A stretch of 64,000 nucleotides of DNA from Candidatus Obscuribacterales bacterium (GTDB lineage Bacteria; Cyanobacteriota; Vampirovibrionia; Obscuribacterales; Obscuribacteraceae): assembly GCA_965228855.1 (NCBI GenBank), contig CBDDIJ010000002.1, forward strand, positions 544,001 to 608,000, in the 5' to 3' direction. The position numbers and the translations under genes are program-made. Every line of letters starts with the position of its first letter. Position 1 is the first letter of the stretch. Below the pieces are notes generated by a model. It did no database searches and was not told where the DNA came from. It saw only the letters and a program-made list of their open reading frames with translations. Of this stretch, positions 47,404 to 58,556 are shown one piece after another.

Positions 47404-47964
47404 CTAACGACTTTTGATGGTTCCGTTTGAAATGCTTTTGCGGAAAACATCGCGCAAAGCAGGGTCCTTCAAGTTCTCGATGATGGCGCGCTGCTCCTTC
47501 GCCAGGTCCGTATCCGCAAGCCGGAGAACCGTGTCGAGCGCCTGCTTGTAGAGTGCCGCAATCTGCTCGTTATTCAGCTGGCCATTCATGCCCTGCTCGC
47601 AGAGGCGATATAGGCTCTCGCGCAGAACAAGCACAAGCTGTGTTCGCCCTGCGAGCTCGACGATCTTCTGCTGAAGTTCAACCTGTGCGTTCGCATCAGC
47701 ATTCGCCTGCTGGAGCTTCAGGTTTGCGATGATATTGGTGATGGACTCCATCGCGACATCGGGCGCGGGCTCAGCACACATCTTCATGCTGCCGTCACCG
47801 GGCAGGATATATGCACCACGCCTGGTTGCGTCGTAATCAATCGCGTAAGATTTACCTGTCTCCAACGCATGAGTGCGCATGGGTGATGTCATTGACGCGC
47901 ATCCAGACAGAAGCGAAGCTGCACAGATTGCCGCAATACAAAGGGATAGACTTTTCTTCATCAC
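47404..47964 (-). CDS. Lipoprotein, hypothetical
   Basis: Lipobox LSGC; CAEPAPD, RESLYRLCE motifs. Confidence 0.75.
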   Translation of the reverse strand: MMKKSLSLCIAAICAASLLSGCASMTSPMRTHALETGKSYAIDYDATRRGAYILPGDGSMKMCAEPAPDVAMESITNIIANLKLQQANADANAQVELQQKIVELAGRTQLVLVLRESLYRLCEQGMNGQLNNEQIAALYKQALDTVLRLADTDLAKEQRAIIENLKDPALRDVFRKSISNGTIKSR

Positions 47965-47972
47965 GATTTCCT

Positions 47973-48431
47973 TTACTTTAGTTTCGGCTGGAAGAATTTC
48001 AGTTTCATCGCTGCCGCTTCAATGATTGGAATTGTCAGCGTGGTCAGTATCAGCAAAAGAGAGCCATAGACAGGTCGGTAGATGTCCGGGAAGGTCAGTG
48101 CAAAAGGACCGCCCAGGGCAAAGACCCAGACCGCAAATGCCACTGTTGCCGCACAACAGTGAAAACGTACAGATTGCTTCTCAGCTTCCTCTGACGGGCG
48201 ATACTTTATGTATAGAGGGGTGAGGACGAGGAGGAAAACAAAAACGCCCCAGTAAAGCCACACAGCAATCGGATCTGAAACCATTTCCTCTCGCAAAATA
48301 CCGTCGATAGCAATGTACGCTGCATTCAATTCGCCCGGTATGTATTTGATGAGCTTCTCAAAATATGAGCTCGTACGTGGATCCGGTGGCGTTGGAGTAT
48401 CGGAATTCTTGTCGTCAGGTTCATCAGACAT
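47973..48431 (-). CDS. Hypothetical membrane protein
   Basis: Y.EKL.KYIPGE...AY, AF.VWVFALGGPF; 3-4 TM. Confidence 0.7.
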   Translation of the reverse strand: MSDEPDDKNSDTPTPPDPRTSSYFEKLIKYIPGELNAAYIAIDGILREEMVSDPIAVWLYWGVFVFLLVLTPLYIKYRPSEEAEKQSVRFHCCAATVAFAVWVFALGGPFALTFPDIYRPVYGSLLLILTTLTIPIIEAAAMKLKFFQPKLK

Positions 48432-49562
48432 GACCGAGCCTTTCACTAGGATTGAGAGATGACAGTTCCTAACTTCGTTGACAGTAGACAACGGAAGAGT
48501 CTCGTTGCGCAGTCAGTGACTTTACTCCCGGATTTTGTGCCGTCGGGATATTAGAGGTCTTACTAAAAGGTGGCCGTATCCGCATCGCAAAAGAGAGTTT
48601 GAAAACTTCTTGTTTGGCGGTACATTTATTGCAGTGGTGGCAGACCTCAAGTAAAGGTGGAAGTTAAGAGATAAGCCGATACTAGTCAGTCCGCCGCCAC
48701 TGAATCAATGATCACACCGCAAACACAACTGTAACGAATTTCAGTCAGTCCGATGAAATCCGAAAACGTTGACTATGCAATGCTTTGTAGCCGACAGGCT
48801 ACAGTGACCCTTTACACTTCATCATTCCTTTAACTTTCAAAAGTCCCAGCACCAGCGGCTTCTCGAAATACCTCCGCTAGCGATTGAAGCTGAACCTCCG
48901 TCGGCTTCACATAACTTCTATGAGGGCGCGGTAGCGCGCTTTGCAGAGCAATGGCTGCTTTCCGTATCATTACGAGATGAAGTCTTCGTATACATGACAC
49001 CGTATTTAGTGACGGACGAAAGTCTGCACAGGTTCGCAAATAGATAGCCTTGAGATTTCCTTAGATTGGAATAATCGTACGAACGGGTGATTGAAAAAGA
49101 TTCTTTCCTACGGATAATAGTATTCGAACGCTTATCTCTTGACATCCAGCTAAATGCCACTCAAATGCTTGCTCTGTCTGACGAGCGAGCATTTTTGCAC
49201 CTGGCGGAAATAGGGGTCGCTAGATGCGCAAACCCTTTCAGAACCCCTTCGCCAGCCTGATTTTCATTTCAATCGTTCGAGCAGCGGCCAAATCAGCACT
49301 GTCGTGCTTTCCAAAACAATACGCGAATGAAACTGCTGGCTTGAAGGAGAAGACTTCCCATAGACAGGATGCAATCGAGCTTTTCACCATCTGTCTGAAC
49401 GGCTAAGGTCATCAGTGGCTGAGCGACGACGAAACAAGAGTCTTTGAATATTTCTTCGAACAAGATGGGAACGAGCGTAAGGAATTTTGTCAGATATTTG
49501 GAGCAGACAAGATTGTCGAGAATGTCGGTGAGTTTGTCGGCTATTTTCTAGTTCGAAAAGTA

Positions 49563-49973
49563 ATGAATTCCCCGACTTACATTGGAAAGATTGCAAAAGA
49601 AGTTGAGCTACTCTGGCGTTGGCTAGAGGAAAAGAATTATGCAAGTTCGGAGGCAGCGCAACAAGCCGCTACCTGCGCAGCAACAGCGGCGAAACAGTTG
49701 CCTCGTTCTGCAAAAGCGGCTGAACTGTTATGGACTATCGCACAGGAATTTGACGGCATTGCAGAGCCCCTTGAAGAAGGAACGATGGACATCACAAAGG
49801 TTAGCAGTGATTTCATTTGGCTCTGCCCAATCGGCGGCAAGGAAATAGGACCGATATTCTTGCCAAAGAAGATAACTGACCTTCTCGAGGTCGGCTGGGA
49901 CATGAATTGCGCGCTAGCACAGTCTGATGGGAAGTGGATAATCGTAGAAGTAGGGAATGTTTATCCAAGATAA
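49563..49973 (+). CDS. Hypothetical protein, possibly N-terminally truncated
   Basis: 136-aa ORF ending W.IVEVGNVYP; no clear RBS. Confidence 0.5.
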   Translation: MNSPTYIGKIAKEVELLWRWLEEKNYASSEAAQQAATCAATAAKQLPRSAKAAELLWTIAQEFDGIAEPLEEGTMDITKVSSDFIWLCPIGGKEIGPIFLPKKITDLLEVGWDMNCALAQSDGKWIIVEVGNVYPR

Positions 49974-50104
49974 ACAGAGTAATTCTCTCTCCATTCGGAG
50001 TTCGCGCCTATGACAGCCGAAAATGACTGCTTTCGGCTGATTTTATTACCAGCGAGGAAGTTTGGAGCTGTCTCGATGAACCGTCCTCTTCCTTCGCCAA
50101 CAAG

Positions 50105-50419
50105 TTATGTTTTCTTCCATGACGGGCGGGAAGTTTCTCCACGTGCAGAATACAGCTTCAAGGAATGACTTTCGAGATATTCGTGTAGTCGGTTCAATGC
50201 CCGATCAGAGAGGTCCTTGGTATCAAGGACAATGCCATCTATTGGCTCGTCTGTGATTTGCAAATCTTTAATGTACTCAACAAGCATGTCTGCCTTGACG
50301 GAGTAGTCAATTTTTTTTTCGACCAACTCTACTTCGGATGCGTTCGCATGAAGCCATTGATCGATGAATCCATTTCCTGGGACTGTGATTGCAATCCCGA
50401 ATATCTTTTCCTTTGCCAT
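50105..50419 (-). CDS. Hypothetical protein
   Basis: AAGGA RBS, 104 aa. Confidence 0.55.
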   Translation of the reverse strand: MAKEKIFGIAITVPGNGFIDQWLHANASEVELVEKKIDYSVKADMLVEYIKDLQITDEPIDGIVLDTKDLSDRALNRLHEYLESHSLKLYSARGETSRPSWKKT

Positions 50420-51065
50420 TTGAACTTCCTTGTTGAAAGGGCTAGACTACCCGCTCAAGCCGATTGTACGCGCGAATTTGTTTTCTCAATAGCGATATTT
50501 GTTTTTTCAATCCGGCTTCTGTGATCCGGTGTGGCCATCGCTCGCCAGTCTCAATAATGAAAGCGCAATGTGTCTCTTACTGGGCATTAGTTGTCTCCTG
50601 AAATCTTTTCGAACCAATAATTCTCTCACAGAAGCTGCGAGCAGCGATGCTTAAAGCTGACCAATCATCCTAAAATACCGAAGCATTAAACTACTAGCAG
50701 CGTCCGCGTTCATCGTCTTTGGCGCCGCGTTCCTGCCATCTCAATTGCCGCTGGAAATTCTGTTTGTGAAATCGTTTCCGCTGTTGCTGGTGGCGCCGCT
50801 GCCACTCTTGCTTACAGACCTCATACGAGCCAACGAAAACAACGTTTTCGCCAACCCAGCTGGTAGGTACCTTGTTTGCGCTGTTCTTTTTTGTCTGCCA
50901 TGATTGGCTCTCGGTGCGCCTTATCTCAAGAGCGCTTTGACTTTCGTGGCTTTCTTTTGGACGGCAGTGTGTGAGTCTTCATCGGAATTTCTCCGGAAAC
51001 ATCATACTGCACCATGTAGCAAAGACAACCGTCAAACAAATCACCTACTTGGCAAATCGGCGTTT

Positions 51066-51094
51066 TTGTATTACACTAACTACATGTAATACAA
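51066..51094. promoter_or_regulatory. Probable TA autoregulation operator
   Basis: ttgtattaca-N9-tgtaatacaa inverted repeat just upstream of the antitoxin. Confidence 0.6.
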
Positions 51095-51105
51095 GGTGTT
51101 CAAAA

Positions 51106-51333
51106 ATGACAACCTCTGTTCGATTTGACGATTTAATTGAGAAGCGCTTGGATGAGCTTGCGAAGAAAACCGGTCGCACCAAGAGCTACTACATTCGTGA
51201 ATTGGTCGAAAGCCATATTGACGACTTGGAAGACTACTACCTTGGAAGCAGTACCTTGGAACGTGTCCGAGCAGGAAAAGAAAAAGTACATACCAGTGCA
51301 TCCGTGAGAGAGCAACTTGGCTTGGACGATTGA
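51106..51333 (+). CDS. relB: Ribbon-helix-helix antitoxin (RelB-like)
   Basis: SVRF....EKRLDELAKKTGRTKSYYIRE....IDDLEDYY; overlaps toxin start. Confidence 0.85.
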   Translation: MTTSVRFDDLIEKRLDELAKKTGRTKSYYIRELVESHIDDLEDYYLGSSTLERVRAGKEKVHTSASVREQLGLDD

Positions 51334-51736
51334 CTATTCCGATAGTGTTCTAAAACAGCTTAAAAAGCTCGATAAGCCAGTCGCGAAAAAAGTGCTCGCG
51401 TACATGGACGAGCGAATAGCTGTCTTGGAAGATCCAGCAACTGCCGGTAAGCCTCTAACTGGCAGGCTTGGTAATCTTCACCGCTACCGAGTAGGTGACA
51501 TCCGCGTTGTTTGCTTCATCTCCAAGGAAACTGTATCTGTCCTAGTTTTGCGGGTGGCCCATCGAAGCAAAGTCTATGAGGATGAGGATAAATTTGCAAC
51601 AAAAGCTTCGTCGGAAGTGAACGCGTTCCTGCAACGGAAGGAGGATGAAGATTCCGAAAAAGAACTTGCTGAGGGTCTCGAATATTTGGACAAAGAGTAC
51701 AAAGCTCATATAGAGCGGCAGGAGAGAGAGAGTTAA
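51317..51736 (+). CDS. relE: RelE/StbE family toxin with C-terminal extension
   Basis: KQLKKLDK, GKPL.G.L...RYRVGDIRV, VLRVAHRSKVY. Confidence 0.88.
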   Translation: MAWTIDYSDSVLKQLKKLDKPVAKKVLAYMDERIAVLEDPATAGKPLTGRLGNLHRYRVGDIRVVCFISKETVSVLVLRVAHRSKVYEDEDKFATKASSEVNAFLQRKEDEDSEKELAEGLEYLDKEYKAHIERQERES

Positions 51737-51737
51737 T

Positions 51738-52778
51738 ATGGCAACGAACGCGCAATTGATAGCGAACATGCAAAAGCAGCATGCGGCCATGATGGCCTTG
51801 CCGGATTCCCCTGTTATGGAGGCAATGCTAAAAATGCCGATTTATCCGACCGAACTCCAAGCATGGGACGCCAAACTAGCTCAACTATCGTATTCTCCTG
51901 TTGTGGAAGCGATGTTGAAAATGCCGAACTATGCAGCCGAACTTCAAAAATGGGATGCCACGCTAGCCGAACTATCGCATTCCCCTGTAGTGGAAGCGAT
52001 GGCAAACATGCACCACTACACGATGATGCCATCGACTTTCGAACTCGCCGCTGATTTCCAGAGGAAGAGCGCGGAAGCCGAGAATTTCGCGAGCTTTCCT
52101 GTAATGGGAGCAATGACAAGTCTCTGGAACCACGACTATTTATTGCGGTCAGAGGAAATTCAAAATTTAAAATTGCAGGCAGAATTTCAAAAGCTCTCGG
52201 CTCAAACTCCAATGATTGAAGAAATGAGTCGCATCTCGAAGGAGTACGATTCACTGCGAGCCGCTGCGCTGAACATCCAACAGCAAAGTGCAGACTTAGC
52301 AGCGCTTGCCCGTTCTCCATTCTTGGAGGCGATTGAACAAAACAATCAGCATTGGGAGTCATTGCGCGCTCTCTCTCGATCGCTTCAGCATCTGTGCCCG
52401 CCGATCTCCGAGTTCATCTCAACTGGCACGGACAACGGAGTACTTGAAGAGACCGAGAGGACCATCATTCTTGGATTCTTCCGTGACACTCAAAAACATG
52501 CTCAGCAGGTCCATGTGCAACTTTGCGCAGCTGAGATGGAATTTGCACATCAACCCGAAATATTCTCGGCAAGTTGGATGGATGAAATCGTTGCTGAGCT
52601 TCGAAATAAACAATGCACCATGGATGATGCACTCGAAAAGCTAGACCCTCTTCTGAGACAGGTCGATCCGAATGACTCTAGAATCTTCCGCTACTGGTGG
52701 ATTTTGCGAAAAATCGAACAGAAGTTAATCGAAATCAGAGTCAAACTGGTCGAAATATTTGAGGAGTTCAATAGCTAA
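51738..52778 (+). CDS. Hypothetical helical protein with 29-aa internal repeats
   Basis: SPV(M/V)EAM..MP.Y..ELQ.WDA.LA.LS repeated; 1 nt after relE stop. Confidence 0.6.
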   Translation: MATNAQLIANMQKQHAAMMALPDSPVMEAMLKMPIYPTELQAWDAKLAQLSYSPVVEAMLKMPNYAAELQKWDATLAELSHSPVVEAMANMHHYTMMPSTFELAADFQRKSAEAENFASFPVMGAMTSLWNHDYLLRSEEIQNLKLQAEFQKLSAQTPMIEEMSRISKEYDSLRAAALNIQQQSADLAALARSPFLEAIEQNNQHWESLRALSRSLQHLCPPISEFISTGTDNGVLEETERTIILGFFRDTQKHAQQVHVQLCAAEMEFAHQPEIFSASWMDEIVAELRNKQCTMDDALEKLDPLLRQVDPNDSRIFRYWWILRKIEQKLIEIRVKLVEIFEEFNS

Positions 52779-52788
52779 ATCGAGTTCG

Positions 52789-53088
52789 TTACCCTTTCCA
52801 GAGCGGTATACCAGCAGCGTTGAAGCACTCTGGCCATACATGTTCGGGAGTATGAGGCGTCCGTTTAAAACCGATCGTGGGATACGCTCGCCCATCTTGC
52901 GGCGATGCAATGAACATCGGATGTTGCGAGCAATTTCCCAAAATTTGCCAATCATGTTCACGCGGAATTATCGTGTACAACAAATATTCATTTGCACCAC
53001 GTGAAAAGCCGCTCTTCATTTGATTCATTAGTCGTGTGGATAGAATTTCTCGTTGACGAGCTTCTCTTTCTCTCTTTTTCATTGTCAT
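52789..53088 (-). CDS. Hypothetical protein
   Basis: GGAG RBS, 99 aa. Confidence 0.45.
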   Translation of the reverse strand: MTMKKREREARQREILSTRLMNQMKSGFSRGANEYLLYTIIPREHDWQILGNCSQHPMFIASPQDGRAYPTIGFKRTPHTPEHVWPECFNAAGIPLWKG

Positions 53089-53418
53089 ATTTACTCTCCA
53101 ATGAGATTGTGTAAAAGGGCTTTGTGAATCGGTTGTTCGTTTTTTCTACTTCTTATCGGTTTCTTGACTATAAATCTCGTTGACGCTAAATCAAAGGCCG
53201 GTTGATTTCGGTTGTGAAATCCTGAATCACGTGCGCCGTAAGCGAATATAGGCGTGAATAAACGCAAAAGATTTTTCTAATCCAGCACCGTCTTCAGTGT
53301 CATTTGAACCTTAGCCGGATAGTAGCATTGGGTGCGAGTCGAAAGAAGGCGCCAGCCCTAGCCGTCGGACTCTTGAATCCATTCACGTATCTCAGAGATA
53401 CAATGACCCAAGTCGACA

Positions 53419-53781
53419 TTAATAGGCGAACTGCTCTCGCCATTTTCCGCTGCATGGATCTGAATTAACCTTCAAATCGAAAAATGCATCGACCTGCTGA
53501 ATCATATGGCAGTAGTTTTCCTCAACCGGGCCAGCTTCGTCTATTCTGCGGCGCGCCCATTTACTTTCTTGTTGTAATTCGTTCTTGAACTCCTTCAGTG
53601 CTGCTCGGGCCTCAGCCTTTGAAAACGGTGGCTCAATCATCTCGCGCAGGACGTCTAGTTTTTTTGTCCCATTCTTCGGCTTTTTTGATCCACGGTTCAG
53701 CTTCTTCCGCTTTTGGTTTTCTGCGTTCAATGTTATTCGGCATGTTGGTTCAGAGCTGTTCGATTTCCTTTTTGACTGCAT
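53419..53781 (-). CDS. Hypothetical protein
   Basis: 120-aa ORF, no family recognised. Confidence 0.4.
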   Translation of the reverse strand: MQSKRKSNSSEPTCRITLNAENQKRKKLNRGSKKPKNGTKKLDVLREMIEPPFSKAEARAALKEFKNELQQESKWARRRIDEAGPVEENYCHMIQQVDAFFDLKVNSDPCSGKWREQFAY

Positions 53782-53956
53782 TATGAAGTCTCACACTCAC
53801 GATGGTAATCGTCAGGCGGCACCGCATGCGACGACTCCAACAGTGCGAACGGAAATTGAATTCCGTAAATCTCATACGAATTAAAGACGTGCATGATCTC
53901 TTCTTGGTTGGCCTACTTTGATTTATTATGTAACTGTGTGTTTCAAGGGCTAGTAA

Positions 53957-56314
53957 ATGACATCAGTATCGGGTCAAGTATTTTTCGCTTATCCATCTCA
54001 GCCCGCCCAGATTGGTACAACGATCGAGGCGGCAGCACAGATACTTAAGGGAGGTGGAATTTCAGCGCGAACCTGGCGAGAGATGGATGTTGCAGGACAT
54101 TTCATAGCCTCTGGAGTAATGCAAGAGATTGATGAAGCAGAATTGGTCGTGCTTGATATTACTCGACTTAACTTCAATGTGACTTTTGAAGCCGGCTATG
54201 CAATGGCTAAACGAAAAAAGCTTTTGCCAATAATGAACACGAGCCTTAACCCCGCAACAAAGGAAATAAGTCAGCTTGGGCTTTTTGATACTCTTGGATA
54301 TGAGACATATCAGAACAGCAACGATCTGGCACGCATCGTAAGCGAAAAGCTCTCTAAGCCAATTGTTGAGTTGAGAGAATATGCAATTGATCATGGAGCA
54401 CCTGTTTATGTTCTTGACACGCTGTATAAAACTGACGCCTCGCTGAGAATTGCTTCGAAGATCAAGAAAACAAAAATTCGCTTCAGGAGTTTCGATCCGA
54501 AAGAACAAGCTCGTCTTTCGGCAATGGAAGCATACCGGAATGTTGCACAATCAGTTGCAGTGGTTATCAATCTTCTCTCGTCCCAAGCGACCGACTTCGA
54601 TAGAAACAACCTGCGAGGTGCCTTCCTAACCGGTCTCGCGTTCGGTATGGACAGAGAAACAGTTGTATTTCAGGACGGTCAAGAGCCGGTACCGCTGGAC
54701 TACAGGGATTTTGTGACTGTGTACAAAGGTCCGAATGATATCGATCCTCAAATAAATGCTCTCGCTCCAAAAGTCATTGATGCCTTACAAGCACAAATAG
54801 GCCATGTTTCCACACAAACTCTCGGAACGTTAGAAAAGCTGGATTTAGGGGCACCGGCTGCGGAGAACGAGATGGTGAATCTCGGTGAATACTATGTTCC
54901 CACCGACGAATTCAACAAGACTATGGCTGGCACAGTTCGACTAGTGGTGGGACGCAAAGGCGCAGGCAAAACGGCTCTCTTCCTTCAGGTGCGGGATAAG
55001 AAAAGACAGGGTAGAAGTCGTCTCGTATTGGATCTTCGTCCCGAAGGACACCAACTTAAACGTTTTAAAACCGCGGTTTTAGAGGTTCTAGCAGAAGCGG
55101 TTAAAGAGCATATCGCGACTGCCTTTTGGGAGTATTCACTTTTGCTGGAAATCGCATACAAGTTACTTGAGAAGGACCAGCACGCGTACCGACGGGATCA
55201 AGACTTGATGCCCAGATATCTTAAACTGAATGAGATCTACGAGGGCGCGGGTAGAGGAGCTGGTGAAGGCGATTTCTCTGAGAGGCTTCGGGAGCTTACT
55301 GACCGTATAAGTGTGGAATTTGAAACCAAATACGGTATCAAAGGCGTATCACATCTTTCTGTTGGTGAAGTTACGTCCCTCATATACAAGCAAGACATCG
55401 CTGTTCTCAGAGAGACTCTTTGTGATTATCTTCGACAGCGGGATGAGGTGTGGATCTTATTTGACAATATAGATAAGGGCTGGCCAACTCATGGAGTAGC
55501 CATAACTGATATTGTTATTCTAAGAGCCTTGTTGGAGGCGACTCGAAAAATCGAGCAATCATTCGCTCGCAAACATTTAACAGTTCATACCGTGGTGTTT
55601 CTTCGTAATGACGTCTTCGAACTTTTGGTAAATGAATCACCTGACAGAGGAAAGGAAGCACGAGTTTCATTGGACTGGACAGATCCTGATCGGCTTAGGG
55701 AATTGCTACGAAGGCGTATTGTTCATGGGGGGCTTTTTGATGCCGATGCTTCTTTTATGTCAGTTTGGTCATCAATTTGCGCATCTCATGTAGAGGGAAA
55801 CGAATCCTCAGAGTATCTGATAGAACGGTCCTTGATGAGGCCCAGAAACCTGCTTACACTCGTTAGTTACGCGAAGAGTAATGCGGTCAATTTGCGGCAT
55901 AACTTTATTCAACAAGATGACATCATTAAAGCTTGCAATACTCATTCCGCAGATATAGGAAATGAAATCGGACTAGAGATTCGCGATATTTATCCGCTAG
56001 CAGAAGATATTTTGTATTACTTCATGGACTGTAAAAGTTGGATGAACGTACGAGAATTAAAGGAGATTCTCAACAACGCAAAAGTCCCTCCAGTGGAACA
56101 CGCACATGTTATCGAGCTACTGCTCTGGTTTTCATTCCTTGGCGTCGTTCGGGAATCATCATCGGAAGGGGTGATGGAAGTTTTTATTTACGACGTTTTT
56201 TACGACATGAAGAAATTGCGTGTATTAGCGAAGAACCTTGAAGATGACTCCACTGTTCTTTGTGTTCATAAGGCTTTTTGGCCCTTTCTCAATATTTCAG
56301 AGAGACACGGATGA
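53957..56314 (+). CDS. P-loop ATPase (Sll1717-like) with tandem N-terminal nucleoside-deoxyribosyltransferase/TIR-like domains
   Basis: VFFAYP, DIT..N.NV.FEAGYA; Walker A VGRKGAGKT; Walker B ILFDNIDKGW; VFLRND; MRPR. Confidence 0.75.
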   Translation: MTSVSGQVFFAYPSQPAQIGTTIEAAAQILKGGGISARTWREMDVAGHFIASGVMQEIDEAELVVLDITRLNFNVTFEAGYAMAKRKKLLPIMNTSLNPATKEISQLGLFDTLGYETYQNSNDLARIVSEKLSKPIVELREYAIDHGAPVYVLDTLYKTDASLRIASKIKKTKIRFRSFDPKEQARLSAMEAYRNVAQSVAVVINLLSSQATDFDRNNLRGAFLTGLAFGMDRETVVFQDGQEPVPLDYRDFVTVYKGPNDIDPQINALAPKVIDALQAQIGHVSTQTLGTLEKLDLGAPAAENEMVNLGEYYVPTDEFNKTMAGTVRLVVGRKGAGKTALFLQVRDKKRQGRSRLVLDLRPEGHQLKRFKTAVLEVLAEAVKEHIATAFWEYSLLLEIAYKLLEKDQHAYRRDQDLMPRYLKLNEIYEGAGRGAGEGDFSERLRELTDRISVEFETKYGIKGVSHLSVGEVTSLIYKQDIAVLRETLCDYLRQRDEVWILFDNIDKGWPTHGVAITDIVILRALLEATRKIEQSFARKHLTVHTVVFLRNDVFELLVNESPDRGKEARVSLDWTDPDRLRELLRRRIVHGGLFDADASFMSVWSSICASHVEGNESSEYLIERSLMRPRNLLTLVSYAKSNAVNLRHNFIQQDDIIKACNTHSADIGNEIGLEIRDIYPLAEDILYYFMDCKSWMNVRELKEILNNAKVPPVEHAHVIELLLWFSFLGVVRESSSEGVMEVFIYDVFYDMKKLRVLAKNLEDDSTVLCVHKAFWPFLNISERHG

Positions 56315-56410
56315 TTCGCCTTTACATGCACGTTAGCACTAAGTTAACAGCGCATCTAGTGACGCGAAGCGACACAATCTAGTTAAACTTCAACGAGGAA
56401 ATGAAATCAC

Positions 56411-56782
56411 ATGGTTTGGCAGCTTTATGACGTCAGAGATTCAGAGATTGAAAAGGAAGATGGGTGGACCTTATCCTGCTCAAAGGATGCAACGAATGCC
56501 CAATTGTTAAACGCGACTGTCGATCAGGGTTGGCAATCTTACGATGACACCGCTGGGACAGATATGTGGAGGGCCGTGATTATCCAGGGACAAGTAAATA
56601 CGTTCATTCTTCGATGGGAAGATGCCGATCAAGCACCGAACAAGCAAGTTAAGAAGTTGCTTTCCGAGTTAGAGGTGCTGTTGAAAGTACATGTTCGTTC
56701 CGATGAGAGATGGGAGAGTTCTTTCAACCATCTTGTCAGTGCCGTTGAGGAATCTCTTCCTGAAACTAAATCACCAGAATAG
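56411..56782 (+). CDS. Hypothetical protein
   Basis: GAGGA upstream, 123 aa. Confidence 0.55.
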   Translation: MVWQLYDVRDSEIEKEDGWTLSCSKDATNAQLLNATVDQGWQSYDDTAGTDMWRAVIIQGQVNTFILRWEDADQAPNKQVKKLLSELEVLLKVHVRSDERWESSFNHLVSAVEESLPETKSPE

Positions 56783-57151
56783 TGGTAGACGATGGATCGG
56801 TTATTCATACACAGCTGAAAACGACTTTCTTAAGCCGTGTACAAGTGAAGAAACGCTAAATCACAGGTCCCCATATTTGAACAAAGAACCTCCCAATCAC
56901 TATTTTCGGCAAAGTCGAAACCGCGACGGCGAATGCCACCAAACAAATCAAAAAATGAAAACATCGGTGCGCGATCACCTCACTCCAGCTACAGTTAAGC
57001 AATTTAAGAGACATTGCAAATACTTAGTTGGCAAACCCGAGACGCGCAAATTGCACGCCAATCTGATCGCCTGAATATTTACGCTGCTCACATTGAACCC
57101 GCACCACTTTGTTCATCTCCGAACGAGGCGGTCCAAATCGCCCACAAACAC

Positions 57152-58312
57152 CTAAAAATTCGCCAACCGCTTCAGCGCTTTCTCAAGCACCTCGACCTGC
57201 GCGTACAGGCGCGACATCTCCTCAAGGCTTGCTTTGCCACGCACCTTCTCGATCTCGTCTTCGAGCAGCTTCTTGGTTTTAGCCAGCTTCTTGGCGTTCA
57301 TAGAATAGCGATCCTGCGGCATCGAAACCTTGGTATCAACGCGCTGGGCGTTTAAATTGGTCTTGTCGAGCCGTTTCTTGTCTTGCCGCTTCTTCAAATC
57401 CTCACGTTCAACAGCAGCCGACATACCGGCGAGACCAGCGATGCCGGCGAGTCCGCCCATTTGCGACACATCACGACCTTCCATCGGTCGCGTGTACTGC
57501 GCAATCAATGCAGCCTTTCGCTGAATCTCGCTTGAATAGCCGCTTTGCTGCGCTTGCTTGTTCGCTTTGGTTCCATCAAATTTTTTGTTGAGCAACTCCT
57601 GCCCTTTACCCATTTTGGCACCGTGAGCCTGATCCATGATGGTCATGATCCCGCCCATTCCCAGCAACATCATCGGGTTGCAAAACAGCACCGAGATAAA
57701 CGCCATCTGGTCCTGGCTCGCCATGTGCTTCTGGCTCATATGACTTTTGTAATCGACAAGCTTGCCATCGGCATCAGCCGTCAGCAAGCGACCATCACGA
57801 TTGCGCGTGACAAAATTTCCGCTCCCATCCTTTTGCCAGTTGCGTCCATCGAAAGCGCTCGGGCGAAACTTGCCGTCTGACTCCGGTTTCGCTTGCGTTT
57901 CTCTTTGCTCAGCCCGACGTTGCTCCTCGGTGCGCTGTTGGTTTAAACGCTGTTCGCTCAATCTTTGTTCGGCACGCTGCTGTTCTACCGTTAGAGAATC
58001 AAACCGTTGCGCTCGTCGCTGTTCCGTAGCACGCTGCTCCACGCCTCGCTGTTCCGCCGCGCGCTGTTCCGAACGCTGCTGCTGTTCGCTATGCCGCGGC
58101 TCACCGCCCTGAAGCTCAACTTGCCGCAAGTTGCGAGCTTCGTTCCTAACTACAAAGTCCTTCGCACTCGCCGGTCCATTGTTCTGCAATTCGCGAGTAA
58201 TCTTGTCCGCTTCGCGCGCGAGCTGTTGACCGGCGGTCCTGTCACCGCTCGTATCTCGCATTCGTCGCTCGCTGAAACCGTCTATTGAGTGCATACTTCC
58301 CAGAAACGCCAT
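57152..58312 (-). CDS. Hypothetical protein with EQRR(A) pentapeptide repeats (start uncertain)
   Basis: 386-aa ORF, low complexity Gln/Arg region and one hydrophobic segment. Confidence 0.6.
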   Translation of the reverse strand: MAFLGSMHSIDGFSERRMRDTSGDRTAGQQLAREADKITRELQNNGPASAKDFVVRNEARNLRQVELQGGEPRHSEQQQRSEQRAAEQRGVEQRATEQRRAQRFDSLTVEQQRAEQRLSEQRLNQQRTEEQRRAEQRETQAKPESDGKFRPSAFDGRNWQKDGSGNFVTRNRDGRLLTADADGKLVDYKSHMSQKHMASQDQMAFISVLFCNPMMLLGMGGIMTIMDQAHGAKMGKGQELLNKKFDGTKANKQAQQSGYSSEIQRKAALIAQYTRPMEGRDVSQMGGLAGIAGLAGMSAAVEREDLKKRQDKKRLDKTNLNAQRVDTKVSMPQDRYSMNAKKLAKTKKLLEDEIEKVRGKASLEEMSRLYAQVEVLEKALKRLANF

Positions 58313-58556
58313 CTCATCTCAATCGCATCAACGCCATTTGTCGGGATTGAGGAATCTCCTATTAAATTACGATTCCGGAGAGATGATGTCGATGGGAAGA
58401 CTACTAACCACAACCACTTCACCTGCGTGAAAACCGCCGCCGCCACTCGCGCACTATCTAAGCGCACTTCTTGCCAACCAGGGCAGGAATGCCAAATCCG
58501 CCGCGGTTTGGCTACGCCAGAATGACGGAATTTCGAAAATCCGGCATTCCCACGAA

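Noticed and set aside
50690..50905. Small minus-strand gene
   Set aside because: Coding-like stretches fall in different frames and are short; possibly a remnant, not supportable.
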